From: Octopus sinensis
Lineage: Eukaryota
Assembly (NCBI RefSeq): GCF_006345805.1
Contig: NC_043007.1
Span: forward strand, 54,374,001-54,438,000
Direction: 5' to 3'
DNA length: 64,000 nt
Shown here: positions 50,144-63,000 of the stretch, piece after piece
Numbering within the stretch: the first letter of the stretch is position 1
Layout of the letters: the number at the start of each line of letters is the position of its first letter
Translations under genes and position numbers: made by a program
The notes under the pieces: model-generated
Told to the model about the DNA's origin: nothing
What the model saw: only the letters and a program-made list of their open reading frames with translations
Database searches by the model: none

Positions 50144-50877
50144 TAGACATAAGTTTCATAAACTACAAAATATAAATGTCCCTACTACCACACTTGAAAC
50201 ATACCTGTTATAACTCTTTATCTTGATTTGAATGTTTGTGAATGTATTTAGAATGCCCAAAGTTATTTCAGCAAATATGCTAAGCACTGATGCTGATTGT
50301 AGTTTAATCAATAAGTGTAGGAGCGAGGTAAATGCAGTAAAAATAGGGGGGATCAGTGGGGCCCCATTTAAATGGCCCTTCAGAAATTGAACCTCCTTAC
50401 GATACTCCATGAGAATTCATAGTATGAAATTTATTGTCATTGGTCTGATTTGGTGACCAATGCCATGTGTTTAGTTTAAAATGCAATAAAAATAGGGGGA
50501 GCCAGTGGGGCCTCAATTAGGAAAGCCTTAAAAGAATAGACCCCCTTAGGACAATCCCTGGGATTAGGGGAATTACTGGTTTGAGTTTCGTTGTCCTTGC
50601 ACCAATGGTCTAAGTGGAACATCACTCAAATTTATAATAGGATATACACACACGCACATCCATATATTACATGAACAATATTTCCAATGAGATGTTACAA
50701 CTGCATCTGAGTCTTCAAGTGCTTTAATTCTGTGTATATACATATATTTACTAAATTGCTGACATTTAACAATGGTTTCTTCCTTTGTTTTGATGCTCCA
50801 TTTTCTATCATTAATGAAACTGCTAGTATTTATGATGACACAGATATGCTAGTATCTCTCTCTCTCTCTCTTTCTCT

Positions 50878-50914
<37 letters not shown>

Positions 50915-50917
<3 letters not shown>

Positions 50918-51850
50918 GCATGCAGGAAGTAAATAGACACCTTTAATTTTCAAAATTTCTGATCTAAGCATCTTAATATGTTTTCAGCAGTGTAGAATTT
51001 ACAATGTAATTATTCTTTTTCATTGAGTAACCATTCCATGCACAAAAATTTCAGCAGAACTGTCAGATTTTCAAAGAGGTCATATTGTTGGCCAATCTGA
51101 GGCTGGTTTTAGCCAGCGAAAAATTGCTGAAAATCTTCAAATTCCTCTTGCTACTGTTAATAGAATTATAGTGCAATTCAAAAGCCAAAGAAAAGTATCA
51201 ACAGTTTCTCGTCCCGGCCGACCTGGGCCCTCGGAAAGGAAGCTTCGCTGTTTGAAGAGAATTGGGGGAAACAAACCCCATTCAAAGGCTTCTGGCATTG
51301 CAAAACAACTAGAAGTTAGTCCAAGAATGTGTGTTACATGTCTGCATAAGCTTGGGTATTATGGGTGAGCAGCTAGAAGAAAATCTCTCCTTCAACCAAT
51401 TAATATCATGAAAAGAAAGAAATGGGCTAAGGAGATGTCAGAAAAATCCAGTTCATTTTGGGATAGAGTGGTTTTCTCAGATGCATCCAGATTTGCATTA
51501 TTTTCAGACAGTGGATGTGTTTGGGTCTGGAGGCTTCCCAATCAAGAATTTGATTTGAAACGACTCCAAACAACTGTGAAAAATAGTGGTATCTCTGTAA
51601 TGGTATGGGGAGCTGTCACCAGCAATGGTTGCTCTGAGCTGATCGAATGTGTTGGAACCATAAACTCTGAAAAATACACTGAATACTTAAGCAAGGACTA
51701 CTTCTGATGTATTCACACGATAACATGTCGAAAAATGAGTTTTTATTCATAGAAGATGGAGCTCCATGCCACACAGCAAAAAGGAATCAATAATGGCTGA
51801 CTGAAAATGGGATCAAAAAGCTTCCTTGGCTGAGCCAATCTCCTGACAAA
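50915..51850 (+). mobile_element. Tc1/mariner transposon, left end and truncated transposase pseudogene
   Basis: TA|CAGGC terminus. [59 protein letters not shown]. Broken at 51850. Confidence 0.9.
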
Positions 51851-51964
51851 TACATCCAAAATTCTATATTGGATGTATTTGGGGTACTTAATTGTGCTCA
51901 TGACTTAGTGTTTGCTTCTTCCATGGGTATGAGTAAGTATCTCATTTATTTCTTTGCCACATTT

Positions 51965-52015
51965 ATCACTGACGAAGGAAGGGTTCTTACAAACTAACCC
52001 TGAAATCAGTCCGAT
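51965..52015 (+). ncRNA. Decayed hammerhead motif, copy 1
   Basis: ATCA-CTGACGA-AGGA..CCCT-GAAA-T(CA)G-TC-CGAT. Confidence 0.55.
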
Positions 52016-52426
52016 ATGGTGATAATGGAATTTTTTAGAAATTTCTATCAACCTTTTTTGAGTAGTGTGCGTATTGTGAAAAATTATATGATTATGGACA
52101 GGGTGTCTAATTTCGGCATATTTGGCATTAAAAATTTTTTCGTTTGCCCTTATTAATAAGTTGTTTATAAATTTAACCTTTAACCTTTAAAGGTATTTTT
52201 TAATATGCTGGCCATTGATAAAATTTTTTTTCGAAAAAATTTTATCCTACATTAAATATAAATTTAATAGTGTTCACTTCCGGACTCTCTCACTCTGTGA
52301 GAGCTTCAAATGGGCTGGAGAATTTCTATTTTGGATGTATTTGGGGTACTTAATTGTGCTCATGACTTAGTGTTTGCTTCTTCCATGGGTATGAGTAAGT
52401 ATCTCATTTATTTCTTTGCCACATTT

Positions 52427-52477
52427 ATCACTGACGAAGGGAGGGTTCTATTGAACTAACCCTGAAATCAGTCCGAT
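52427..52477 (+). ncRNA. Hammerhead motif, copy 2 (stem II intact)
   Basis: ATCA-CTGACGA-AGGG(AGG-GTTC-TATT-GAAC-TAA)CCCT-GAAA-T(CA)G-TC-CGAT. Confidence 0.62.
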
Positions 52478-52623
52478 ATGGTAATAATGGAGTTTTTTAG
52501 AAATTTCTATTGACCTTTTTTGAGTAGTGTGCGTATTGTGAAAAATTATATGGTTATGGACAGGGTGTCTAATTTTGGCATATTTGGCATTAGAAATTTT
52601 TTCGTTTGCCCTTATTTATAAGT

Positions 52624-52662
<39 letters not shown>

Positions 52663-53113
52663 CATTTATATATTCATCTTGCAATAATCTTGATGTGAAT
52701 TCATGTGTTGAAACAGATAGTGTTGTATTTGGGGATGGTCAGGTTGCCAATTTAGCCAAAAAAACACACACACTATGTATTTGGTGTTCACTTGCTTCAG
52801 CTTTATTTCATATTAATTGTATTTCAGTCAATGTTCTTTCATCACACTTCAGTGACCTCATCAGTGGTCCTTTGCTTTCTTCTTTCTTTTTTGTGTGTCT
52901 CTCCTTACTAATGATCTGCCATTTTGCATTCCTATTGTATGTATCTTTATTTGTGCATGTGTATATCCCTGTGTGTGTCTATGTTTAGCAAGTGTGTGTT
53001 GGGGTGGAATGTGCCTGCATTATCAATATCCCCTATTTATACACGTTTGTTTAATTTACTTTTATTCATTTTATTCATTTGTTTATATCTACTTACTTTT
53101 TTTCTTTCTTTTT

Positions 53114-56100
53114 TTTGAGATGCTTGAACGGAGATGTGTTGATATATGCTGCATCCAAGAAGTAAGGTGGCGAGGAGGTTCTGTTAGGTTCCTCACAGGC
53201 AAAGAACACAGGTGCAAGATTTTCTGGGCGGGAAACACTGATGGGGTCGGGGGCGTTGGTATACTTCTCACTGAAAAATGGGTAAATAAGGTAATTGAGG
53301 TAGTCAGAGTATGCGACAGAATACTTAAGATTAGATTAGTGCTTCACCATGGGTTAGCAACCATTATATCGGCCTATGTCCCTCAGCCTGGGCTACCTAA
53401 TGGACAGAAAGACCGATTCTATGACACCCTACTGTAGACTACCTCATTGACAAATGACAGGGACCTTCTTTGTGTGGCTGGTGACTTCAATGGACATGTT
53501 GGACAGCATACAGGAGGATTCCATGGCGTACATGGAGGCTACGGCTATGGTTTCCGCAACGAGGAGGGAACCAGGCTGCTGGAGTTCTGCGATGCAAATG
53601 ATCTTATGGTTTGCAATACTAACTTCAGGAAACCTACCAGTCACCTACCGGTCGGGCCGACATACTGTCCAAATTGACTACATCCTTGCCAGAAAAAGGG
53701 AAATATGGCTGCTTATAAATGCCAAAATCTTCCCAGGAGGAGAATGTACCCCACAACATAGACTGGTAGTTAGTGATTTTAGGATCATGACTAAGTGGAC
53801 GCCCAGAAGACGACCAACATGGAAAAGAAGGGTCTGGAAGCTTAAGGATCTTGCAAATGGACAGAGATTTAGAGACATATTACTCGAAGCCTTTGACGAA
53901 ATAGAAGAGGATATAGATTCACATAGTTTAGAAGACAGCTGGATGTTTCTACGGGGCAACCTGCTGAGAGCCACTGACCAGATCTGTGGATGGTGCAAAG
54001 TCCCCTCTCGACCCAAAATAACATGGTGGTGGAACAATGTTGTTGACAGGGCTATTAGAGAAAAGAGACAGGCTTGGAAGGACTGGAGGAACGGTGGTAG
54101 CAGGGAATTGTATCAGACTGCCAGAAGAGAAGCTAGGAGACAGGTTTACTTAGCCAGAGGGGAAGCAGATAAGAAAAAATTTGCCAATGTTCTGCGCCGT
54201 GAGGATCAAAGACTTGAGGTATTTCGTGCTGCAAGACAGTGTGTGAGAGAGAATCGAGATGTTGTAGGAGAAAAATGTGTCTGCATAGATGAGTTCTCTT
54301 GCGCTAAATGGGGCTGCAAAGAGAGAGGTTTGGAGATGCCATTATGAAAGGTTGCTGAATAAAGAAAATAAATGTGAGAAAGAGAGTCTGGCGAACGTCG
54401 ACCCAACAGAGGGACCAGCTATCCGAATTGACAGTACCTCAGTAGTTAAGGCAATTAGAAGTATGAAGACAGGGAAAGCCCCAGGCCCATCAGGAATTAC
54501 TGCAGACATGCTCAAAATATCTGGCAGTATCAGCTATAGCCTAGTCACCGTATAGTTAACCAGGTGATACACGAAGGAGTCATACCCAATGACTGGTGTA
54601 GCAGCATAATAGTCAACTGCTACAAAGGTAAAGGTGACGCTTTAGATACAAATAATTACAGAGGTATCAAGCTGTTGGATCAGGTAATGAAGGTCACAGA
54701 GAGGGTCATAGCCCAACTAATTGGGGAGAGAGTCAGTTTGGATGAGATGCAGTTTGGTTTTGTGCCAAGGAAAAGCACCACTGATGCTATGTTTCTGGTA
54801 AGACAGCTGCAGGAGAAATACCTAGCCAAAGATAAGCCCCTGTACCTGGCTTTCATTGACATGGAGAAAGCCTTTGACAGGGTCCCCCGATCCCTTATCT
54901 GGTGGTCAATGAGGAAACTAGAGATAGATGAATGGTTAGTGAGAGCTGTGCAAGCCATGTTCAGGGATGCTGTAAGTAAGGTGAGGGTTGGCAACAAGTA
55001 CACTGAAGAATTCCGGGTAGTGGTATGGGTCCACCAAGGTTCAGTCCTCAGACCCCTCCTATTTATCATAGTCCTCCAGGCAATAACGGAGGAATTCAAG
55101 ACAGATTGACCCTGGGAGCTCCTATATGCTGATGACCTTGCTCTAATTGCTGAGTCACTATCAGAACTAGAGGAGAAGTTTCAAGTGTGGAAATAAGGAT
55201 TAGAATCAAAGGTCCTTAGAGTCAATGTAGCTAAAACCAAAGTCCTAATAAGCAGGAAGGCAGGCAAACCACAAATCCCTTCAGGTAGATGGCCCTGCTC
55301 GATCTGTAGTAGGGGTGTAGGTAGAAACTCTATAAGATGTACCCAGTGTAAGCTATGGACACATAAGAGGTGCAGCAATATCAAAGGAAGGCTAACTGGG
55401 AAGATAGCTTTTGTATGTGGCAGATGCTCAGGTGCAATAAACACTGACAATGCGCAGAGAACAACTTCCGCCACATTCCAGGGAGATATACTAGAAGTAG
55501 TTCATAGCTTCCGTTACCTAGGTGACCAAGTCAGTTGCGGGGGAGAGTGCTCTGAAAATGTAGCTGCTAGAATAAGAATAGCTTGGGCAAACTTCAGAGA
55601 GCTCTTACCCCTGCTGGTGACAAAGGGCCTCTTGCTCAGAGTAAAAGGTAGACTGTATGACGCATGTGTACGAACAGCGATGCTACATGGTTTGAAACAT
55701 GGGCTGTGACTGCTGAGGACATGCGTAAGCTCACAAGGAATGAAGCCAGTATGATCCGATGGATGTGTAATGTCGGTGTTCATACTCGATTGAGTGTAAG
55801 TACCTTGAGAGAAAAGTTGGACCTAAGAAGCATCATATGTGGTGTGCAAGAGAGACGACTGTGCTGGTATGGTCATGTAGCAAGAATGGATGAGGATAGC
55901 TGTGTGAAAAAGTGCCACACCCTAGCGGTTGAGGCAACCTGTGGAAGAGGTAGACCCAGAAAGATCTGGGATGAAGTGGTGAAGTGCGACCTTTGAACTT
56001 TAGGCCTCACAAAGGAAATGATTAGTGACCAAGACCTTTGGAAATATGCTGTGCTTGAGAAGACCCGGCAAGCCAAATGAGACCATAATGAAAGTGAAAT

Positions 56101-56569
56101 TCGATGACGGGCACGAGCACCATACGAGCGTGATCGTTGCCAGCCTCGCCTTACTGGCACCCCATGCTAGTAGGGTGCTAAGAGCACCATCTGAGCGTGA
56201 TCATTGCCAGAGCGGCTAACTGGCTTCCATGCCGGTGGCATGTAGGAGGCACCATTCAAGTGAGATCGTTACCAGCATCGTTGGCACGTGTAAAAAAAAG
56301 TTTAAGCGAGGTCTTTGCCAGTACCACCTGACTGGCCCAAAAAATTGCAGTGAGGTTATTGCCAGTACCGCCTGACTGGCCCCCGTGCCGATGGCACGTA
56401 AAAGCACCCACTACACTCTCAGAGTGGTTGGTGTTAGGAAGGGCATCCAGCTGTAGAAACTCTGCCAGATCAAGACTGGAGCTTGGTGCAGCCATCTGGC
56501 TCGCCAGTCCACAGTCAAACCACCCAACCCATGCTAGCATGGAAAGCAGACGTTAAACGATGATAATGA
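53114..56569 (+). mobile_element. RTE-clade LINE, near-complete ORF (APE, RT, Cys-rich finger) with stops and frameshifts, minisatellite 3'UTR and (GAT)n tail
   Basis: DICCIQEVRW, GVGILL, ISAYVPQ, AGDFNGHVG, QIDYIL, GKAPGPSGI, NYRGIKLL, DMEKAFDRV, HQGSVLRPLLF, LLYADDL, RGRPRKIW. Confidence 0.95.
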
Positions 56570-56599
56570 GCACACAGAACATATTGACCTTAAGATCAT

Positions 56600-58240
56600 A
56601 GTTTGTCAAAGAGAAACCTCAACAAGAATGAGATGAATCTCCTACTAAAATTTTTCAAATTTACCCTGACACACACCCCTAATCTGAAGCTGATATTGAG
56701 CATTTTAACCATCACCTCTGACTTATAGAATTTTGGGGCAATAAGAATATAAATGACAAATCAATTGATAGAAATACATTCCACTTCACCTTCTACAAAT
56801 GGAATGACAAACATTTAGATGCATATATAGACACAATTTCGAAATTTCCCCTAAGTACCTGTAAATGCAAACAGAACCGTCATGAAGAAGAAAAGGAAGC
56901 CTTACTAATACTGAACAATGACAATTCAATCATCCTAAAAGAAACTGATAAGGGATGGGGTAATAGTAATTATGGACAAAAACTACTATAAAGATAAAAC
57001 ATTGGAAATTCTGACAGACCAAACCTACTATAAGAAAGAACCAAGAAACCTGGAAAAGGCAATAATGAATAAAATCAAAACACTTATTAATGAATACCAA
57101 GATTCTTTCACAGACAAGGAGAAAGATTATTTATGCAAATTTGTAATCGAAGAGAGCAACTTCTATGGATTACCCAAGATTCACAAAAGCTCTGAAATAC
57201 AGAGCCATAAATAAACAGAAGAACCAATACATAAAAATACTAAAACCTACTGACCTCAAATTGAGACCAACTGTTGCTGGACCTCAATCCCCAACACAAA
57301 TGAGTCATCTTTTGTATATGCTCCTCAAACCATTATGCATGGATTTCCTCAAGCACATTCCACCCACTTTCTCAGAAGGTACTATACTTACGAGCTTTGA
57401 TGTCACTAATCTTTATACCAACTTACCTCAAACTTTGGGGCTGGAAGCTGTCAAACACTGGTAGAACACTGGGTAGAAAAACATAGAGGACGGATGAATG
57501 AATGTTTCAAAACTAACTTCATTACCAAGGCCACAAGCTTGGTACTAGAAGAAAATACCTTAAGATTCAATAATAAAATATATCAACAACCAGTTGCAAT
57601 GAATTACCATTCCTGGATATTCACATAAAAATACACAATACCACAGTCATGACAGATATATTTTACAAAAAACGGACATACACCAATATTTGAATTTCTA
57701 CTCTTGCCATTCTTCACACATCAAAAGGAACATCTTATACAGTGTGGCAAAACGTATATGTACTAACTATAATAATTGACCCCAAAATATGTCAAATCCG
57801 ACTTAATGAGCTCGAAGGCTTCATAACAAAACAAAAATACCCCTTAGAATTAATAAATGATGGAATTAAAAAGGCAATGAAGCTGATTATCACACAACTA
57901 AGGATACCAAAGGAAAAAAATAATGAACACACAATTCCATTTATCAATACACACAATCTTCAAGTAACCAATATTTTTCACATCATAAAATCAAATCTAC
58001 CAATACTTCTATGAAGCTGCAAAACGAAAAATCTTATTGATGGAAACCTCTTATGAAACTGTAGATGTCTACCAAAAAATCTCAAAAAAACACTGCACAA
58101 GGGCAAAATTCACATCAGAGAATTAATCAAAATTATCCATAAAAGAATGTGGAGACAGCAGATGTGTAACATACAACAACAACAGTTTCAAATAGAAAGT
58201 GGTTCCCACATAAATTTAATCTCATATACTGCATTACTTG
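56600..58240 (+). mobile_element. Penelope-like RT remnant with internal deletions
   Basis: IILKETDKG, FYGLPKIHK, LRPTVAGP, SFDVTNLYTNLP, YLNFYSCH, KYPLELI..IPFINTHN. Confidence 0.85.
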
Positions 58241-58249
58241 CCCCACTAG

Positions 58250-59760
58250 CATCTCAGTGGTGATTTCTGATGGGCCGGGGGCTTTCCTGTCTTCATGTCC
58301 TTAATTGCCTTATCTACCATGGAACTGTTGATCTGAGTAGCCGGTCCCTCAACTGGGTCAACATTTGGCAGACTCTCCTCCTCCCACTCATTCTCTATGT
58401 TCATTAGTCTTTCATAATGGCATTTCCAAGCCTCTTTCTTTGTAGAATCATTACATGCAAGTGCACCATCATCAATACAGATACATTTCTCTCCTATGAC
58501 ATAACGATTTTCTCTCACACACTGTCTTGCAATCCCAAACACTTCGATTTTTTGGTCCTCATATCGCTGAACATAGGCAAACTTCTTCTTTTCTGCTTCC
58601 CCTTTCGCTAGATATACTTGTCTCCTAGCATCCTTTCTGGCAATCTGATACAGTTCCCTACAACCCCCATTCTTTCAGGCCTTCTAGGCCTGTTTCTTTG
58701 CTCTAATGGTCCTGTCTACCACATTGTTTCATCACCTCGTTACCCTAGGTCTGGATGGGACTTTGCACCAGCCACAGATTTAGACTGTGACACTCACCAA
58801 GTTGTCCCTCAGGAATTCCCAGTTGTCTCTGTTACAAGTCTGTAGCTCCTCCTCCCTTTCATTGAATTTCTCAATTAAGATGTCCCTATGGAGGTTCCTT
58901 AAGCTTCCAAATCCTTTTTTTCCAGACTGGCATCTTTCTGGCCAGGAGTCTAAAGTTACTAACGTCTAGTCTAAGCTTGGGAGTGCATTCTTCACCAGGG
59001 TGGGTCTTTGTATGTAGGAGCAACTATGCATCCCACTGTCTGGTGAGAATGCGATATGGCTGGCTCAGACATCTGATTGGTAGGTTATCAGATGGCTGGC
59101 CGGTTTCCTAAAGTTGGTGTTGCAGGTTAAAAAGTTATTTGCATCGCAGAACTCCAATAGCCTTGTTACCTCTTCGTTTCAGGAGCCAAATCCACGGCCC
59201 CCATGCACACCATGGAAGATACCAGGCTGCTGACCAACATGCTCATTGAAATCCCCAGCTATGAAGAGGAGATCATTGTCACTCGTCTTTGAGGTAACTT
59301 GCAGAAGAATATCGTAAAAATGGTCCTTCTCTTCATTTGGTAGGCCTGCTTGAGGGGCATAGGCAGAGATAATTGTCACTATACTGTTCTGTAAGACTAA
59401 CCTAAGCTTAAGCATTTTATCGCCCACTCTGACTACTTCTATGGCCTTATCCACTCATTTCTCTGCAAGAAGTATGCCCACACCACCTACACTGTCATTG
59501 TTACCTTCCTAGAAGATTTTATACCTACATATCTTGCCTGTGAGGAACCTGGCTGAAGCCCCTCTCCACCTTACCACTTGGATGCAACATACATCAACAC
59601 ATCTCTGTTCAAGCATCTCAACAATCATGCTAGGCCTACCTTTCAATATGCCTACATTGATAGTGCCAACTCTGAAAACTGGGAATGGGACGTGGGAGAG
59701 AACAAGGGAAGGAATGATGTTGTTCGGCACCTGGAAAAAAAGGTTTCTGTGATCATTTGA
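58250..59760 (-). mobile_element. RTE LINE, APE-to-linker fragment
   Basis: GTINVGILKGR, DVCCIQVVRW, ISAYAPQ, AGDFNEHVG, EAWKCHYERL, MKTGKAPGPSEI. Confidence 0.9.
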
Positions 59761-60311
59761 TAACGGACATATCACATCACTTGTTCTTTCACTTTAACCT
59801 GCCATCATTCAAACATGTTAAAAATTGTTACCCTTATTGGGGGCAGAGGGTGAGTGCAATGTAAGCCTTGTAAATATAAGTGATATGAGCGTTGTAAATA
59901 TAAGTATTGCTGCTGCAAATATAATAGGTCAATGTTTAAGTTAAGTAAATGAGATGCTATTGGTTAGTCCATTATGTATAGACAGAAAGAGGTAGGTGGG
60001 TTGGCAGGACAGAGGTATGCAAGTCTTCTGGTACAGAAGTGAGACAGAGCACTGTTGACGTTTTTGGTATAAGAGAAGAGATTTCTGGTATTGGTGGCGG
60101 AGGTGGGAATGGGTGGGCGCATCATGAACAAGCATTGCCACCCACAAGAGATAAAGATAGAGATAGCAGTAAGGCTTTTAGCAAGGCAAGGATCAAAATA
60201 TGGAAATACAAAGGGTATGTAATATAATTTGAAAAATTATTGAAAAATTTAAAGAATTATAAGCAATGGCCAGTATCACCACACACAAGAGATAGATAGA
60301 CTGACAGGCAA

Positions 60312-60347
<36 letters not shown>

Positions 60348-60389
60348 TATATATATATAGATATATACATACATATATACATATATATA

Positions 60390-60578
60390 TCATCATCATC
60401 ATCATCATCATCATCATTTAGCATCCGCTTTCCATTCTAGCATGGGTTGGACGGTTCAACTGGGGTCTGTGAAGCCAGAAGGCTGCATCAGGTCCAGTCT
60501 GATCTGGCAGTGTTTCTACGGCTGGATGCCCTTCCTAACACCAGCCGTAGAAGGGCATCCAGCCGTAGAAACACTGCC
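60390..60578 (-). mobile_element. RTE 3' tail with a 29-bp fold-back at its 5' junction
   Basis: (CAT)n followed by the reverse-complement tail. 60506-60534 and 60550-60578 are exact inverted repeats. Confidence 0.85.
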
Positions 60579-60604
60579 ATATATATATATATAATATATA
60601 TATA

Positions 60605-60670
<66 letters not shown>

Positions 60671-60678
60671 AATATATA

Positions 60679-60777
<99 letters not shown>

Positions 60778-61079
60778 ATATGTATGTATGTATGTATATA
60801 TGTATGTATGTATATATGTACGTATGTATGTATAAACAAAAGACGAAGACAGATGTAGGAACAACAAGCAGGTGTATTTGTTTAATGCCCAGGAAGAATA
60901 GAAAGTCTTTGACATTTCAAGCCTATGTTCTTCAGCAAAAGGATTAAAAGGGAAAAAACAGAGAGAGAAAATAAATATGTAAGGATTAATGGTTCAATAT
61001 GATGAAATGGCTGGGTGAAAGAAACTGAATGAAAGAGAGATAATAATGGTGACAGGCCAAACGAAGTTGCGCAAGCACA

Positions 61080-61960
61080 TGTGTGTATGTGAGAAAGGTA
61101 TACGTGAGTGTGTATATGTGAATGGGGCATGTGTATGAGTATGTATGTGTGCTCAAGCTGAAAATTATGTGGATGCATGTATGTGTATATAAGTAACTTA
61201 GTGTGTACCTTATGTGGAGTGATGTACATTACATGTACTGGTGTGTATGCATGTGTGCATATGAATGTGTGTACATGTGTGTAGGGTTATCATGAGTGTG
61301 CAAACACATGGACCTGTGTATGTGTACAAGTAACTTAGAGTATGCGTTGTGTGGAGCTCTGTTGGTTTCATGTATTTGTGTGTGTGTGTGTGTATATGTG
61401 TGAGTGTGCATATGGACGTCTGTATATGTGAGAGACTGATGTGTGTGTGTGTGTGCATGCGTGTGCAAACACTTGTGTTTAGCAGTTGATGTGTGCTTAT
61501 TCAGGTGGTATGTGCACATGTGTATGGGTGTCTATCTATGACCCTATAGTGTGCATGTGTATAGTGTATGTATCTGTGAGATGGGATGAGGGTAGTAAGA
61601 AATAGAGGTTAGGAAGTGGGGTGCTAGTGTGTGTGGAGTGGGAAGGTGTGTGTGAATGCACATGCAAGTGAGTGTATGGGGTGTGGAAGTGTGCATGATG
61701 ATGGTGTGTGGTGTATGTACTGAATTTAACAGTGTGTAGGGGGTGTTTGTATAGTGGTGTGTGTGGTAAAGTTGTTGAAGAGTGTTATGAGTGTGTGGAT
61801 AATGGTGTGCAGTGCAGGTACTGAGAAGTGTTGGGTGCTAGTGTGTATGGAGTGGGAAGGTGTTTGTGAGAATATGTAATGGTGTGTGATGTGAGTAATG
61901 AGTTGAATAGTGTCTATAGTGATGTGTATGGTGAAGTCACTTTCGAGTGCTACTGGTAAC
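61080..61960. repeat. TG-rich low-complexity/degenerate microsatellite
   Basis: GTGT/ATGT/GTAGTGT units. Confidence 0.85.
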
Positions 61961-61984
61961 ATGTAATCCAGTACAACCTGTTGC

Positions 61985-62400
61985 ATGGTCGGATCGTCAG
62001 CGACTAAACAGGCAACCCCACCAAGCTTGCTTGGTGAGGAGGGTGTTTATTGGACACTCTGCAGGATGAAAAACAAAACCTGTCAAAGGGCGGAGGAACT
62101 CTTGAGAGTCAACAGCCATCCAATAAATGTCTTAAGGCTGTATCATGCGCGGGGACATAGAAATAATCAGACTGAATACCCGATCACGCAGTTAAACCAT
62201 TGGGAGTGAAGGACTCCTAGCCTTTGTTAGGGCATCCTTCTTGGAGAAGGTAACTCAGGTAACTGGGATAACTCCGACATAAAACCTGCGGCTCAGTGGT
62301 TACCGATGATGTTGACTTGTTCTTCTTTTCGAATTATGCCTGCTGTTGCTTAGTGAGTGAGATTGACTCAGTGCACAGCCTTTCCTCACTTTAAAAAAAA
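61985..62400 (+). mobile_element. GC-richer repeat-like segment, possibly an RTE 5'UTR
   Basis: GGGCATCCTTCTTGGAGAAGGTAACTC...AAAACCTGCG resembles my recollection of RTE 5'UTRs. No coding support. Confidence 0.25.
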
Positions 62401-62569
62401 ATCTTCTTGCACAGGCATTGCACGATAACAACATTGATTAAATTTCATGCAATGGCCATACTCAATAACGAGGGGGCAGCCACCATGGTGAGGATACCAA
62501 GGTAGGTGGTGTGCAGGAGGTAGGGAGGGGCAGTTGAATGTGGGAGGTGTGTGTGAATCTGTGTGGGGT

Positions 62570-63000
62570 GGTGTTACATGAAGAGAGGTAGAGAGTTGAG
62601 ACCATAAGGGACAAAGGAATGAAGGGAGAGGATTAATTCCTGTTCATGGCAAAAGTGGCCCCTATGGAGAAACAGTCTGAACGCAGACAGGTGAATGACC
62701 AGAGGAGTGTCACTGCCGAATCTGAAGACTCGAAGGTGCTCCATGAACCGGTCAGCCAAGTGGCATCCCATTTGACCAATGTACAGAGAAGGACAGAGAG
62801 AACAGGAGATACAGTAGATAACATTACTGGAGGTGAAAGTAAAGGAGTTGGTAATGCGAAATTAGCAGCAGTGGGTGCAAGTGAGGATAGTGGTGTTGTA
62901 GAGGTAGGGGAAGGTGTGACAGTGTGGGTGAGAGCAAGGAAAGGAGCCAGTTTGGGAGGCAGGGGTAGGGAAGAAACTGTTGATCAGGTGGTCATGCAAG
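62570..63000 (-). mobile_element. Penelope GIY-YIG endonuclease fragment
   Basis: FTFTSSNVIYCISCSLCPSLYIGQMGCHLADRFMEHLR...EQELILSLHSFVPYGLN. Confidence 0.85.

Larger units (their letters stand above)
51847..52626 (+). mobile_element. ORF-less element with 304-bp direct repeats (462-nt period), a hammerhead in each repeat and a 13-bp fold-back 5' end (retrozyme-like)
   Basis: 51861-52164 matches 52323-52626 at constant offset 462. CAAATACATCCAA/TTGGATGTATTTG inverted repeat at 51847-51881. Confidence 0.75.

Noticed and set aside
42077-50146. Numerous IYIY/YTHT/CVCV ORFs in the ORF track
   Set aside because: They are translations of (TA)n, (TG)n and (CA)n microsatellites.
59905-59930. TGCTGCTGC...TATAAT (YCCCKYN) as the next galaxin exon
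   Set aside because: The required phase-1 frame hits TAA, the acceptor lacks a pyrimidine tract and the donor is weak.
61977-62012. HDV-like ribozyme at a putative RTE 5' end
   Set aside because: CCTGTT/AACAGG and GTCG/CGAC form a simple nested hairpin, leaving no room for P3/L3/P1.
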